Position numbers and translations under genes: made by a program. A stretch of DNA of 64,000 bases from assembly GCA_023386865.1 (NCBI GenBank), contig JAEWIV010000191.1:2665-66664 (forward strand), given 5' to 3'. Below the pieces are notes generated by a model. The model had not been told where the DNA came from and made no database searches. It saw only the letters and a program-made list of their open reading frames with translations. Each line of letters starts with the position of its first letter. Position 1 is the stretch's first letter. Source of the stretch: Pseudomonadota bacterium (lineage in GTDB: Bacteria > Pseudomonadota > Alphaproteobacteria > Reyranellales > Reyranellaceae). Positions 11,265 through 22,748 of this stretch are shown here, in pieces.

Positions 11265-11385
11265 CTCCCCACCGAAGGTGGGGAGGTGGCCCGAAGGGCG
11301 GGAGGGGTCATAGGCAGCCGTAATTGCTCCTCATGACCCTCCGGCCACTACGTGGGCACCTCCCCATCGTATGACGATGGGGAGG
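11265..11385. repeat. ~120 bp multi-hairpin intergenic palindromic element (REP/RIME/MITE-like)
   Basis: Hairpins CTCCCCACC-GAA-GGTGGGGAG and CCTCCCCATCGT-ATG-ACGATGGGGAGG flank a GGAGGGGTCAT...ATGACCCTCC inverted repeat. Confidence 0.7.
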
Positions 11386-11397
11386 ATAAGTTCAGCC

Positions 11398-13074
<1,677 letters not shown>

Positions 13075-13170
13075 CGGCGGCTCCGGTCGGATCTGGGGGT
13101 GGGACGGGGTTGGCGCGCTTGTAGCGGCCCTTTTGCTCAGGTTCAATGAGGGCGGGAGAAACGCTCAGGG

Positions 13171-16100
13171 ATGCTGACGGAACCGACCGTCCTGGCGCTG
13201 TCGCTGGCCTATCTCGGCCTGCTCTTCGCCGTGGCCTATTTCGGCGACCGCTATGCCCGTGACTGGTCGGCAAGCTCGGTGGCGCCCGCGGTCTACGGCC
13301 TGTCGCTTGCGATCTACTGCACGTCGTGGACGTTCTACGGCGCGGTCGGGCGCGCGGCGACCTCGGGCATCGACTTCATCCTGATCTACACCGGACCCGC
13401 GCTGGTGGTCGTCGTGGGCTACCCGATGCTGCGCAAGATGGTGCGACTGGCCAAGCAGCACAACGTCACCTCGATCGCCGACTTCCTCGCCTCGCGCTAC
13501 GGCAAGAGCCGCGCCGTCGGCGTCACCGCCACTCTGTTCGCGACCGTGGGCGTGCTGCCCTACATCGCGCTCCAACTCCAGGCGGTCTCGTCGACCTTCC
13601 GGTCCATTGCCGCCCCGACGCCGGTGGCCGGCAGCCTGCCCGGCGTCGTCCATACCGACACCTCGCTGATCGTCGCTGCCCTGATGGCCGTGTTCACGAT
13701 CCTGTTCGGCGTGCGCAACGTGCAGGCTTCCGAGCAGCACCGCGGCATGATGCTGGCGATCGCCTTCGAATCGGTGGTGAAGCTCCTGGCGCTCCTCACC
13801 GTCGGTCCGTTCGTGCTGTTCGTGCTGTTCAGCGGCCCGTCCGACCTGCTGGCCCAGGTCGAAAGCGTGCCTGCGGTTGCCGACCGGGTGTTCCGCGAAG
13901 GATCGCCGCTCACCTGGGTGGTGACCACGCTGCTGTCCGCGATGGCCTTCCTCTGCCTGCCGCGCCAGTTCCATGTCGCCGTCGTCGAGCACGGCCACCC
14001 GGCGAGCCTCAGGACGGCGCGCTGGCTGTTTCCCGCCTACCTCGTCCTGATCAATCTGTTCGTCGTGCCGATTGCCGCCGGCGGACTGCTGCTGCTCGGC
14101 ACGCAGACCAGTCCAGATCTCTACGTCCTGCAATTGCCGCTGACCAATGGCGAGAGCTGGTTGTCGGCCTTCGTCTTCATCGGCGGACTCTCGGCCGCGA
14201 CCTCGATGGTGATCGTCGCCTGCATGGCGCTCTCCGGCATGATCGGCAACGAGCTGGTCATGCCCTACCTGCTGCGGCGCAAGGCCGGCGTCTCGCAGGA
14301 CATGGGGCCGCTGGTCGTGTTCGTCCGCCGTGCCGCGGTCGTGCTGATCCTGATGGCGGGCTACGCCTACGAGCGGATCATCTCGGGCTATCTGCCGCTT
14401 GCGTCGATCGGCATGATCAGCTTCTGCGCCGTCGCCAATTTCGCGCCCGGCGTCGTGCTCGGCCTCTACTGGCGCAAGGCGCATCGCTTCGGCGTCGTGG
14501 CGGGGCTGGCCGGCGGCTTCTTCGTCTGGCTCTACGCGCTGTTGCTGCCGACCCTGAGGCAGACCGCCGGCGGCGGACAGGTGGCGCCGTTGAAGCCCTA
14601 TCTGCCGGCGCCGCTCGCCGAGCTCGACCCGGTGGGGCAGGGATTCGTCGTCGGCATCCTGATCAACACGCTGCTGCTGGTCGGCGTGTCTCTGATCGTC
14701 CGCGCGCGCGGCTCCGACGCCGAGCAGGCCGATGCCTTCGTGCTCGGGGCCGAGCCCGAACAGCCACAGCGCCAGGCGCCGGCCGACGCCACGCGCATCG
14801 CCGAATTGCGCGATTTGCTGGCGCGCTTCGTCGGCGACGAGCGTGCGCGGCGCGAATTGCCGGACGACGGGCTGTCGATCGAGATGGCGCTGATCCGCGG
14901 CGAACGCGTGCTGTCGGGCACCCTGGGGGCTGCGTCTGCACGCATCATCGTCGCGGCGTTCGGCCGCCGGGGCCGGCGCTTTCCGCGCAGCGCGCGCGCC
15001 ATCATAGACGAGGCCTCGGAGGCGATTCGCTACAACTACGAGATCCTGCGCAATACGCTCGACCATGTCGGCATGGGCATCGCCGCCTTCGACCGCGACG
15101 GTCGGCTGGAAATCTTCAACGATCGCTTCACCAGGCTGCTGTCGCTTTCCGACGCGTCGGTGGTGGTCGGCGCGACGCCGACCCAGTGCGGCGCCGCGCC
15201 GGAGATCGTGGCTCTGCTGCGCCGGCCCGACACGCCGCAGACTCACGAGATCACGACCGCGCGCGATCGCGTCATCGAACTCAGGCTCGATCCGCTGCCC
15301 GGCGGCGGCTTCGTCGTCACCTGCAACGACGTGACGGCGCGCGTGCGCACCGCCGAGGCGTTGCGCGAAAGCGATCGCCGGCTGCGCCAGTCGGCCGAGA
15401 CGCTGGAACAGCGCGTGGTCGAGCGCACCGCCGAGCTCGAGGCGAGCCGCGCCGAGGCCGAGGCGGCCAACCTCGGCAAGACCCGTTTCATCGCCGCCGC
15501 CAGCCACGACCTCCTGCAGCCATTGCATGCGGCGCGCTTGTTCACTGCGGCGATGATCGACCGCGCTCCCGACAACGATCTTGGCGCCAAGATAGACGCC
15601 AGCCTCGGTGCGGTGGAATCGCTGCTCGACGCCCTGCTCGACATCTCCAAGCTCGATGCCGGCGCGTTCAAGCCGGAAAAGCGTCCGTTCGCCCTGCAGC
15701 CGCTGTTCGAATCGCTCGCCACGGCGTTCGCGCCGGTGGCGGCGCGCCGCGGCGTCGAATTGGTGGTCGTGCCGACGCACGCCTTCGTGTCGACCGATCC
15801 GGCCTTCCTGCGTCGCATCCTGCAGAACCTGCTGGCCAATGCCCTGCGCTACGGCCGCGCCGAAGGCCGCCGTCCGCGCGTGCTGTTGGGCTGCCGCCGT
15901 GTCGGGGAGGGGCTGCGTATCGAGGTCAAGGACAACGGCCCCGGCATCGCGTCCGACAAGCAGGCGATGATCTTCGACGAATTCGTGCGTCTGCAGGCCG
16001 AGGACGACGCGCCGCGCGAAGAACGGGGGTTGGGCCTGGGGCTGGCCATCGTCGACCGTATCGCCCGCATGCTCGACCTGCCGATCGGCATTTCGTCGGC

Positions 16101-16608
16101 GCCGGGGGAGGGCTCGACTTTCTCGGTGACGGTGCCACGCGTGCCGGCGGTGGTATCGGCGCCGATCGCGCCGCCGGCCCCGCAGCCGACGCCGTCGGTC
16201 GAGGCCGAGAGCTTCGTGCTCTGCATCGACAACGAGGCGCGCGTGCGCGAGGCGATGGCTACCTTGCTCGGCGGTTGGGGCTGCCGGGTCGCCACCGCCG
16301 CCTCGCAGGCCGAGGCGCGAGACCAGGTATCCCGCGCCGGGCGGCTGCCCGACCTGGTGTTGGCGGACCTGCATCTCGACGAAGGACCGGACGGGCTGGA
16401 GGTCGTCGATGCCCTGCGGCGGGCGTGGGGACGGGAGGTGCCGGCCGCGTTGGTCACCGCCGATCGCGATCCGACATTGCGGCTGCGGGCGCGCGCCCAC
16501 CGCGTCGAGCTCCTGCACAAGCCGGTGAAGCCCGCCGCTTTGCGCGCGCTGCTGCGCGTGCGCGAGCGGATCACCCCGGCGGAAGCGCCAGCCCGCGCGC
16601 TTCGATGA
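13171..16608 (+). CDS. CrbS/MxtR-type hybrid sensor kinase (SLC5-STAC-PAS-HisKA-HATPase-REC)
   Basis: SLC5 N-terminus (YCTSWTFYGAVG, SIADFLASRYGKS), GTLGAASAR STAC-like segment, H-box AASHDLLQPL and a C-terminal receiver. Confidence 0.9.
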   Translation: MLTEPTVLALSLAYLGLLFAVAYFGDRYARDWSASSVAPAVYGLSLAIYCTSWTFYGAVGRAATSGIDFILIYTGPALVVVVGYPMLRKMVRLAKQHNVTSIADFLASRYGKSRAVGVTATLFATVGVLPYIALQLQAVSSTFRSIAAPTPVAGSLPGVVHTDTSLIVAALMAVFTILFGVRNVQASEQHRGMMLAIAFESVVKLLALLTVGPFVLFVLFSGPSDLLAQVESVPAVADRVFREGSPLTWVVTTLLSAMAFLCLPRQFHVAVVEHGHPASLRTARWLFPAYLVLINLFVVPIAAGGLLLLGTQTSPDLYVLQLPLTNGESWLSAFVFIGGLSAATSMVIVACMALSGMIGNELVMPYLLRRKAGVSQDMGPLVVFVRRAAVVLILMAGYAYERIISGYLPLASIGMISFCAVANFAPGVVLGLYWRKAHRFGVVAGLAGGFFVWLYALLLPTLRQTAGGGQVAPLKPYLPAPLAELDPVGQGFVVGILINTLLLVGVSLIVRARGSDAEQADAFVLGAEPEQPQRQAPADATRIAELRDLLARFVGDERARRELPDDGLSIEMALIRGERVLSGTLGAASARIIVAAFGRRGRRFPRSARAIIDEASEAIRYNYEILRNTLDHVGMGIAAFDRDGRLEIFNDRFTRLLSLSDASVVVGATPTQCGAAPEIVALLRRPDTPQTHEITTARDRVIELRLDPLPGGGFVVTCNDVTARVRTAEALRESDRRLRQSAETLEQRVVERTAELEASRAEAEAANLGKTRFIAAASHDLLQPLHAARLFTAAMIDRAPDNDLGAKIDASLGAVESLLDALLDISKLDAGAFKPEKRPFALQPLFESLATAFAPVAARRGVELVVVPTHAFVSTDPAFLRRILQNLLANALRYGRAEGRRPRVLLGCRRVGEGLRIEVKDNGPGIASDKQAMIFDEFVRLQAEDDAPREERGLGLGLAIVDRIARMLDLPIGISSAPGEGSTFSVTVPRVPAVVSAPIAPPAPQPTPSVEAESFVLCIDNEARVREAMATLLGGWGCRVATAASQAEARDQVSRAGRLPDLVLADLHLDEGPDGLEVVDALRRAWGREVPAALVTADRDPTLRLRARAHRVELLHKPVKPAALRALLRVRERITPAEAPARALR

Positions 16609-17197
16609 CGGCCTGGGTGCGCGAGCGCACCCCGAGCTTGCGCAGGATAACCGTGACGTGCGCCTTCACCGTCGCCTCGCCGACACCGAGCTTGTGGGCG
16701 ATCTGCTTGTTCTGGTCGCCCTGGACCATCAACGCCAGCACGCGCCATTGCTGCGGCGTGAGCTGGCTGGCGCGTTGGGCGAAGGAGTCGACCGACCCGG
16801 CTTCGGGTGGCGTGAAGATCTCGCCGGCCAGCACGGCACGCACGGTGCGCGCGATCTCGTCCAGCGAAGCCGATTTGTCGATATAGGCCGAGGCGCCGAA
16901 CTCGTAGGCCCGGCGCATGACGGCGGGCTCGCGCGCCGCGGATACCACGATGATGGGCACCGCCGGGTGCTCCGAGCGCAACAGGGCGAGCCCCGTCAGC
17001 CCGTCCATGCCCGGCATGTCGAGATCGAGCAACAGGGCGTCGATCTCGGGCTGGCGATCCAGCTCGACCTGCACTTCGGCCAGCGTCGCCGCCATGGCAA
17101 TCTGAGCGCCCGTGAACGCCTGGCCGAGGGCGGAAGCCAGGGCGTCGCGCACCATCGGGTGATCGTCGGCAATGAGGAACTGCTCGGCGTTCGCCAT
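16571..17197 (-). CDS. NarL/LuxR family response regulator (CrbR/ErdR type)
   Basis: IADDHP, LLDLDMPG, LTPQQ.RVL and NKQIA..L...EATVKAHV motifs. Convergent with the kinase, overlapping it by 38 bp. Confidence 0.9.
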   Translation of the reverse strand: MANAEQFLIADDHPMVRDALASALGQAFTGAQIAMAATLAEVQVELDRQPEIDALLLDLDMPGMDGLTGLALLRSEHPAVPIIVVSAAREPAVMRRAYEFGASAYIDKSASLDEIARTVRAVLAGEIFTPPEAGSVDSFAQRASQLTPQQWRVLALMVQGDQNKQIAHKLGVGEATVKAHVTVILRKLGVRSRTQAVIEARGLALPPG

Positions 17198-17229
17198 TCC
17201 GGGAAATTGAGCCCCCCGCGCCGCACCGG

Positions 17230-18690
17230 TCAAGGCGCCTGCCCGGGCACGCGGGCCGTGAGGGCGCCACGGACGGCCTCCGGCGCCGTCGCGACCGTCT
17301 CGAGCGCGCGACGCAGCTCGCGGAGCGCGGGCCGCTTCAGGCGCCGCAGATCCACGCGGTTGCCGGGCAGGCCGCCCTGCTCCAGATCGGCGATCTGCTG
17401 GGCGAGGATGGCCGCCACGACGGCTGCCCGTGCGGCGACCAGCTCGGTCACGCTGTCGGGCGGCAGTGCTCCCTTGTCGGCCGCCTCGCGCAGTCGGGCG
17501 TCGGTGCTGGTGGCCTGCGAACGCCAGGCGAGCGCGATGGCCCGCGCGGCCGTGACGACCGGGAACAAGCCGTAGCGCTTGAGGTCGATACGGCCCTTTG
17601 TCGTGCGCAGCCGCCCGAGGAGGTCGAAGGCGCTGCCGACGTTTTCGCCGGCGTGAGCCATCAGCCGCAGGAAGACCGGCGAGCCGGAAGCGGCATCGGT
17701 GGCATGCAGGCGCAGCGCATCCGCCAGATCGCGGTCGCCGATGACCGGCACGAAGTCGTAGAAGATGTCGACATTCATCAGTGCTTCCGGCCGCGGGTGC
17801 GCGACCCACGAGTCGATGGTGTCGCGCCACGAGGAGAGCGCGCGGCAGAAGGCAGGGCGTCCTGCCATCACGCCGCCGGTGCAGAGCGGGATGCCCGCGG
17901 CGTCGAGCAAAGCGTTCAGGCGCTCGCCGAAGACGAGAAACCAGGCGGTGTCGCGATCATCGCCGCCATGCACCAGGGCGTTGTCCTGATCGGCGGCCAG
18001 TAGCGATTCGCCGCGTCCCGCCGAGCCCAGCGCGAGCAGGCACCAGCGCGCCGGTGCGTCGCCGCGTCCCTCCTGCCGCATCGCTGCAAGCGCCAGCTCG
18101 GCCGCCCGTCGCGTGATATCGCAAACGATGGCGGCGATGACGGCGCAGACCTGGGTCGGCGCCGCGTCCTCGGCTCGCAATGCCGCCGCCAGCGTAGGCA
18201 GCTTGTCGTGGGCGGCTCGAAGCGCGACGGCATCCGGCGCCAGCTCGATGTCGTCCCCCAGGGTCAGGGCGAGGTTGGCCCGCTGCCTGAGCAATGCGCC
18301 GGCGGTCAGCATGCCGACCGGCCGCCCCGAGCCGTCGATCACCGGCAGGTGCCGCACACCGAGCCGGGCCATGCGTGCGAGGGCGCGGTAGACCAGCGCG
18401 TCGGCCGGGATGGCCTGGACGGGGCGGCTCGTCGCTTCGCCGAGCGGGACGTCGAGACGGTCGCGACCCGCGGCAATCAGGCGAAGGACATCCCGTTCCG
18501 TGAGGATGCCCTGGAGGCGGCCAGCCTCATCAAGAACGATGATCGAGCTGATGTCCCGTTCGCTCATCGCGCGGGCCGCTTCGGCGACCGTCGCCTGCGC
18601 CGGCAGCGATACCACCGGGGAAGCCATCAACTCCGACACCCGGTGGCGATACGGAAAGCTGTCGAGCCGTTCCAGCGGGGCGGTCTGCAT
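17230..18690 (-). CDS. CBS-pair plus DUF294 nucleotidyltransferase-like protein
   Basis: Tandem CBS domains, NTase motif LGSAGRGE....DQDNAL, DIFYDF and a DLKR.GL.P C-terminal domain. Confidence 0.88.
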   Translation of the reverse strand: MQTAPLERLDSFPYRHRVSELMASPVVSLPAQATVAEAARAMSERDISSIIVLDEAGRLQGILTERDVLRLIAAGRDRLDVPLGEATSRPVQAIPADALVYRALARMARLGVRHLPVIDGSGRPVGMLTAGALLRQRANLALTLGDDIELAPDAVALRAAHDKLPTLAAALRAEDAAPTQVCAVIAAIVCDITRRAAELALAAMRQEGRGDAPARWCLLALGSAGRGESLLAADQDNALVHGGDDRDTAWFLVFGERLNALLDAAGIPLCTGGVMAGRPAFCRALSSWRDTIDSWVAHPRPEALMNVDIFYDFVPVIGDRDLADALRLHATDAASGSPVFLRLMAHAGENVGSAFDLLGRLRTTKGRIDLKRYGLFPVVTAARAIALAWRSQATSTDARLREAADKGALPPDSVTELVAARAAVVAAILAQQIADLEQGGLPGNRVDLRRLKRPALRELRRALETVATAPEAVRGALTARVPGQAP

Positions 18691-18693
18691 CGA

Positions 18694-19353
18694 TCAGCGT
18701 CCCGGCAGACGCTGGGCGGCAACGGCGCCTCCGAAGGTGCCGCGACCTTGGCCGCGCAGGCGACGTGCCAGCGCGACGAACAGATCGGCGGTCATCGTGG
18801 CATCGCCCAGAGCGGTGTGGCGCTGGCCCCTGCTCTCGATGCCGAGCCGCGGCAGGACGTCTGCGAGATCGAGCCGGGCCGTGGCCAGTCCCATGCCGGC
18901 AAGCATCGCGGCCGTATCCAGGCAGGCCGGTTCCTGCCAGGCCAAGCCGGCACGGCGCGCTTCGGCCGCAAGCATGCCGAGGTCGAATGCCACGTGATGG
19001 CCGACCACGACCCGGCCGTCGAGCACATCGGCGATCTCCTCCCAGACGTCGGCGATGGTCGGCGCGCCGGCTACTTTTGCCGCATCGATGCCGTGAACCG
19101 AAGTGGCCTGCGGCGGGATCGCCACGCGGGGGTCGATCACGATATCGAGCCGTGGCCGCCCGACCACCAGGCCGGGGTCGATCGCGACGGCGGCCAGCGA
19201 CACGATGCGATCGCGGCGCTGATCGAGCCCCGTCGTCTCGCAGTCGATGACGACCATCGGCAGCCGCTCGAGCGGGGCATGGCCGGGGACGAGAAGCCTG
19301 CGTCGCGGCTGCGCCGACGCCAGGAAGCGATCGAAGATGTCGGCGATCGTCAT
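18694..19353 (-). CDS. DEDDh 3'-5' exonuclease (DnaQ-like)
   Basis: VIDCETTGLD, GHHVAFD and RHTALGDA motifs. Confidence 0.9.
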   Translation of the reverse strand: MTIADIFDRFLASAQPRRRLLVPGHAPLERLPMVVIDCETTGLDQRRDRIVSLAAVAIDPGLVVGRPRLDIVIDPRVAIPPQATSVHGIDAAKVAGAPTIADVWEEIADVLDGRVVVGHHVAFDLGMLAAEARRAGLAWQEPACLDTAAMLAGMGLATARLDLADVLPRLGIESRGQRHTALGDATMTADLFVALARRLRGQGRGTFGGAVAAQRLPGR

Positions 19354-19949
19354 GCCGCCGCGCCGACCAGCGCCAAGCGGAGCGCCGGAACATCGAGCCG
19401 GCGCGGCAGGCGATCCTGGAAGGAGATCAGGCCGAACGTGATCGCCGCGGCGAGCACGGCGCGTTCCTCGTCGACGTTCTTGGAATGGGCCGGCGCCGTC
19501 TCGTGGATCATGGCTCCGGTTCGCTGCCCCATGGCGGTGAGATCGGGTCTGCGCTCGCCGGGCTGGGCGCCGAATCGCGCCAGCAGCGCGGCATGGCGGT
19601 CCATCCAACCGTCGTCTCGATGCGCAGGAACGGGGTATTCGCCCAGCACGTCGACATAAAGACGCAGCAACTGGGGATCCAGAGCCGGGCCGCCGGCGAT
19701 TTCAGCGCGCACGATCATCGTCATGTCGGCCGCGATGTCGGCAAATGCTTCCCAGCGGCAGACCGCAAACGCCTCGTTGAATTTTGCATCGCCGAACGCG
19801 GCCTGGCCGTACCAGGCCAGGGTGTTCCGCGTGAACTCGTACGTCGAACGCTGGGCCACGTACGAGGCCTCGCCGCTCACGAAACGACGCAGCTGATCGC
19901 GGGTGCGCAGCCGAGAAGGAAATACATACTCCCTGAACCTATCGAGCAT
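19350..19949 (-). CDS. Hypothetical protein translationally coupled to the exonuclease
   Basis: ATG at 19949 follows AGGGGA. Its stop overlaps the exonuclease start (ATGA). Confidence 0.7.
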   Translation of the reverse strand: MLDRFREYVFPSRLRTRDQLRRFVSGEASYVAQRSTYEFTRNTLAWYGQAAFGDAKFNEAFAVCRWEAFADIAADMTMIVRAEIAGGPALDPQLLRLYVDVLGEYPVPAHRDDGWMDRHAALLARFGAQPGERRPDLTAMGQRTGAMIHETAPAHSKNVDEERAVLAAAITFGLISFQDRLPRRLDVPALRLALVGAAA

Positions 19950-19987
19950 GGTCCCTTTCCCGATCCACGACTTGTGAACAGTGTATT

Positions 19988-19999
19988 CGACTAAAGTAG
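19988..19999. promoter_or_regulatory. Candidate CrbR-type site (CGAC-TAAA-GTAG)
   Basis: One mismatch from CGAC-N4-GTCG, in the divergent region between the exonuclease operon and the actP operon. Confidence 0.4.
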
Positions 20000-20188
20000 G
20001 GGGTGGCGAACATTGTGGCCGATTCACCAAGCCTGTAATCTGCAGGCCGTCTGAGTCAATGAACGGTAAAGAAAACAAGGGCGCCCGCGAGAACGGGCGG
20101 TGGGGAGAAAGCGCTTCCGGGCATCCTCCGGGGACTCATCGCACCGCGGCTCGTGCACGGCGCCTCCGTAACACCTGGAGGACGAAGC

Positions 20189-20458
20189 ATGGCGGAAGTG
20201 AAGTTGTCAGGCGAGCAACAGGCCGCCTACTGGCACAGGACGAGAAGCCTGATGATCACCATTCTGATCGTCTGGTTCATCTTCAGTTTCGCCATTCATT
20301 TTTTCGCGCCGCAGTTGAACGGCATCCGCATCCTGGGCTTTCCGCTCGGCTACTACATGGCGGCACAGGGCTCCCTGATCGCCTTCGTGGCGATGTGCAT
20401 CTGGAACGCCAGATCGCAGGACAGGATCGACCGCGAATTCGGCGTCCAGGACGAGTGA
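20189..20458 (+). CDS. Small membrane subunit of an SSS transporter (DUF4212-like)
   Basis: YW......L..WF and GFPLGYYMAAQGS motifs, GGAGG RBS, directly upstream of the SSS gene. Confidence 0.88.
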   Translation: MAEVKLSGEQQAAYWHRTRSLMITILIVWFIFSFAIHFFAPQLNGIRILGFPLGYYMAAQGSLIAFVAMCIWNARSQDRIDREFGVQDE

Positions 20459-20477
20459 CGGCGAGGGGAGAACGACC

Positions 20478-22367
20478 ATGGCTGCAATGCAGGGCGGGTT
20501 CCTCGCCAACCTCGGGCGGGTTTACGCCATCTACACCGGAGCCTTCATCGGCTTCACCATCGTCATCGGCATCCTGGAATTGCTGGGCGTGCCAAACCGC
20601 ATCCTCGGCTACCTTTTCATCTTCCTGACGCTCGGCGTCTACGCGCTGATCGGCTGGCTGGCGCGCACCGCCGAGGTCAGCGAGTACTATGTCGCCGGAC
20701 GCGTCGTCCCGGCCTTCTACAACGGCATGGCGACCGGCGCCGACTGGATGAGCGCCGCTTCGTTCATCGGCATGGCCGGCTCGCTATACTTCGGCGGCTA
20801 CGGCGGCCTCGCCTTCGTGCTGGGCTGGACCGGCGGCTACGTGCTGGTGGCCATCCTGATGGCGCCGTACCTGCGCAAGTTCGGCCAGTTCACGGTCCCC
20901 GACTTCTTCGGCGCCCGTTATGGCGGCAACACGGCGCGGGCGCTCGCCGTGATCGTGCTGATCACCGCCTCCTTCACCTACGTGGTGGCGCAGATCGTCG
21001 GCGTCGGCATCATCACGGCGCGCTTCCTCAATATCGGCTTCGAGGTCGCCTGCTTCGTCGGCCTGGTCGGCATCCTGCTGTGCTCGATGCTGGGCGGCAT
21101 GAAGGCCGTCACCTGGACCCAGGTGGCGCAGTACATCATCCTGATCATCGCCTACCTGATCCCCGTGGTCGTGCTGTCGGCCAAGGTGACCGGCGTGCCG
21201 ATCCCGCAGATCATGTACGGGCAGGCGCTCGAGAAGATCGAGGCCTTCGAAAAGACCTTCGGCGTCGCCCAGCCCTATACGTCGGCCTTCACCGACGCGC
21301 AGGGCAAGTACAGCCCGACGGCGATGTGGAACTTCTTCGCGCTGATCCTCTGCCTGATGGTCGGCACGGCGTCGCTGCCGCACATTCTGATGCGCTACTT
21401 CACCACGCCGTCGGTCAAGCAGGCGCGCGATTCGGTGGCGTGGTCGCTGTTCTTCATCTTCCTGCTCTACTTCACGGCGCCGGCCTATGCGGCCTTCGCC
21501 AAGCTGGAAGTCTACCAGAACGTGATCGGCCAACCGATCGCCAAGCTGCCGGCATGGGTCGCCTCCTGGGGCAGCATCGGCCTGGTCGGCGCCTGCGACG
21601 CCGCCAACGCCGCCGCCAACTTCGCGCTCTGCAAGGGGGTCGCCGGCAACGGCGACGGCGTTTTGCAGCTCGCCGAGTTCCGGCTGCACACCGACGCCGT
21701 CGTGCTGGCAACGCCGGAGATCGCCGGCCTTCCGTACGTCATCTCCGGCCTGGTCGCCGCCGGCGGCCTGGCCGCCGCGTTGTCGACCGCGGATGGGCTC
21801 CTGCTGGCGATCGCCAACGCGCTCAGCCACGACATCTACTACAAGATGATCGACCCCAACGCCGACACCAAGCGGCGCCTCGTCATCAGCCGAGTGTTGC
21901 TCGGCCTGGTGGCCCTGGTTGCGGCCTATGTCGCGGGCACGTTGGGCGCCGACATCCTGTTCCTGGTGTCGTGGGCCTTCTCCATCGCCGCCGCCGGCCT
22001 GTTCGCGGGCCTGGTGCTCGGCATCTGGTGGAAGCGGGCCGGCAATGCCGCCGGCATCTGGGGCATCGTCGTCGGTTTCGGCCTGTGCATGTTCTTCCTG
22101 ATCGCGACCGAATTCTACGGGCCGTGGGTCAAGGCGAACCTGAGCTGGCTGGGCGATATCAACATCGTCAAGATCCGCGGCCGCGATGTCGCCTATATCT
22201 GGGGCATCAACAACATCTCGGTCGGCATCTTCGGCATCCCGGCGGCGTTCATCGCCATGATCGTCGCCGGCTGGCTGGGCAGGCCGGCCTCCCTGACCAT
22301 GCAGGACTTCATCGACTCGATCCGCATTCCCAGCGGATCGGTGCGGAACGTCGAGGCAGCGCATTGA
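20478..22367 (+). CDS. actP: Sodium:solute symporter, ActP-like acetate/monocarboxylate permease
   Basis: NGMATGADWMSAASF, GGMKAVTWTQVAQY and GTASLPHILMRYFT motifs. Substrate is inferred from gene context. Confidence 0.8.
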   Translation: MAAMQGGFLANLGRVYAIYTGAFIGFTIVIGILELLGVPNRILGYLFIFLTLGVYALIGWLARTAEVSEYYVAGRVVPAFYNGMATGADWMSAASFIGMAGSLYFGGYGGLAFVLGWTGGYVLVAILMAPYLRKFGQFTVPDFFGARYGGNTARALAVIVLITASFTYVVAQIVGVGIITARFLNIGFEVACFVGLVGILLCSMLGGMKAVTWTQVAQYIILIIAYLIPVVVLSAKVTGVPIPQIMYGQALEKIEAFEKTFGVAQPYTSAFTDAQGKYSPTAMWNFFALILCLMVGTASLPHILMRYFTTPSVKQARDSVAWSLFFIFLLYFTAPAYAAFAKLEVYQNVIGQPIAKLPAWVASWGSIGLVGACDAANAAANFALCKGVAGNGDGVLQLAEFRLHTDAVVLATPEIAGLPYVISGLVAAGGLAAALSTADGLLLAIANALSHDIYYKMIDPNADTKRRLVISRVLLGLVALVAAYVAGTLGADILFLVSWAFSIAAAGLFAGLVLGIWWKRAGNAAGIWGIVVGFGLCMFFLIATEFYGPWVKANLSWLGDINIVKIRGRDVAYIWGINNISVGIFGIPAAFIAMIVAGWLGRPASLTMQDFIDSIRIPSGSVRNVEAAH

Positions 22368-22391
22368 TCGCCCGGCGGGGCTGATCTAGGG

Positions 22392-22425
22392 GAGGGCGGG
22401 GCCCGCGGTCCCGCCCTCTTCGTTT
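22392..22425 (+). terminator. Hairpin downstream of actP
   Basis: GAGGGCGGG...CCCGCCCTC followed by TTCGTTT. Confidence 0.5.
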
Positions 22426-22429
22426 GAGC

Positions 22430-22747
22430 ATGGCACAGCCTGATTTCTTCTGGGGTTACCTGCCCTTCTGGATCGTGAACTACGCACTGTCGCTCGTTGC
22501 GTGGGCATGCGTCGGGCGATGGGTGCTGTCGTTCTTCATGCCCAGCATGCAGCCGCAGAACTACATCTGGCGGTCCTTCGTGTGGCTGACGGAGTGGGCG
22601 TTGCAGACGGTGCGCTTCCTCACGCCTTCGTCGATCGGCGCGCGCTGGATGCCGCTGGCCGCCGCCTTCTGGATCTTCTGGCTGCGTACCGGTTTCTATT
22701 TCCTGATGGCCGGGGCCGGCTGGACGCCGCGGCTCACCGGAACCTGA
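22430..22747 (+). CDS. Small membrane protein, YggT-like
   Basis: NYIWR.F..LTE......RFLTP pattern with hydrophobic helices. Confidence 0.6.
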   Translation: MAQPDFFWGYLPFWIVNYALSLVAWACVGRWVLSFFMPSMQPQNYIWRSFVWLTEWALQTVRFLTPSSIGARWMPLAAAFWIFWLRTGFYFLMAGAGWTPRLTGT

Positions 22748-22748
22748 G

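Noticed and set aside
13165..16886. Very long alternative-frame ORFs (1117 aa minus strand, 1186 aa plus strand) over the SLC5 kinase, and similar shadow ORFs across the window
   Set aside because: Arg/Ala/Gly/Pro-rich shadows of real genes, expected in high-GC DNA with few stop codons; no motifs.
16571..17830. 419-aa version of the response regulator
   Set aside because: The extension overlaps the DUF294 gene in another frame; the receiver domain begins at ATG 17197.
18694..19353. Calling the DEDDh gene dnaQ, or a defence-system nuclease paired with a CBASS-like nucleotidyltransferase
   Set aside because: No DnaQ C-terminal alpha-binding tail is apparent, the partner is CBS-DUF294 (GlnD/E-like) rather than a CD-NTase, and the context is transport.
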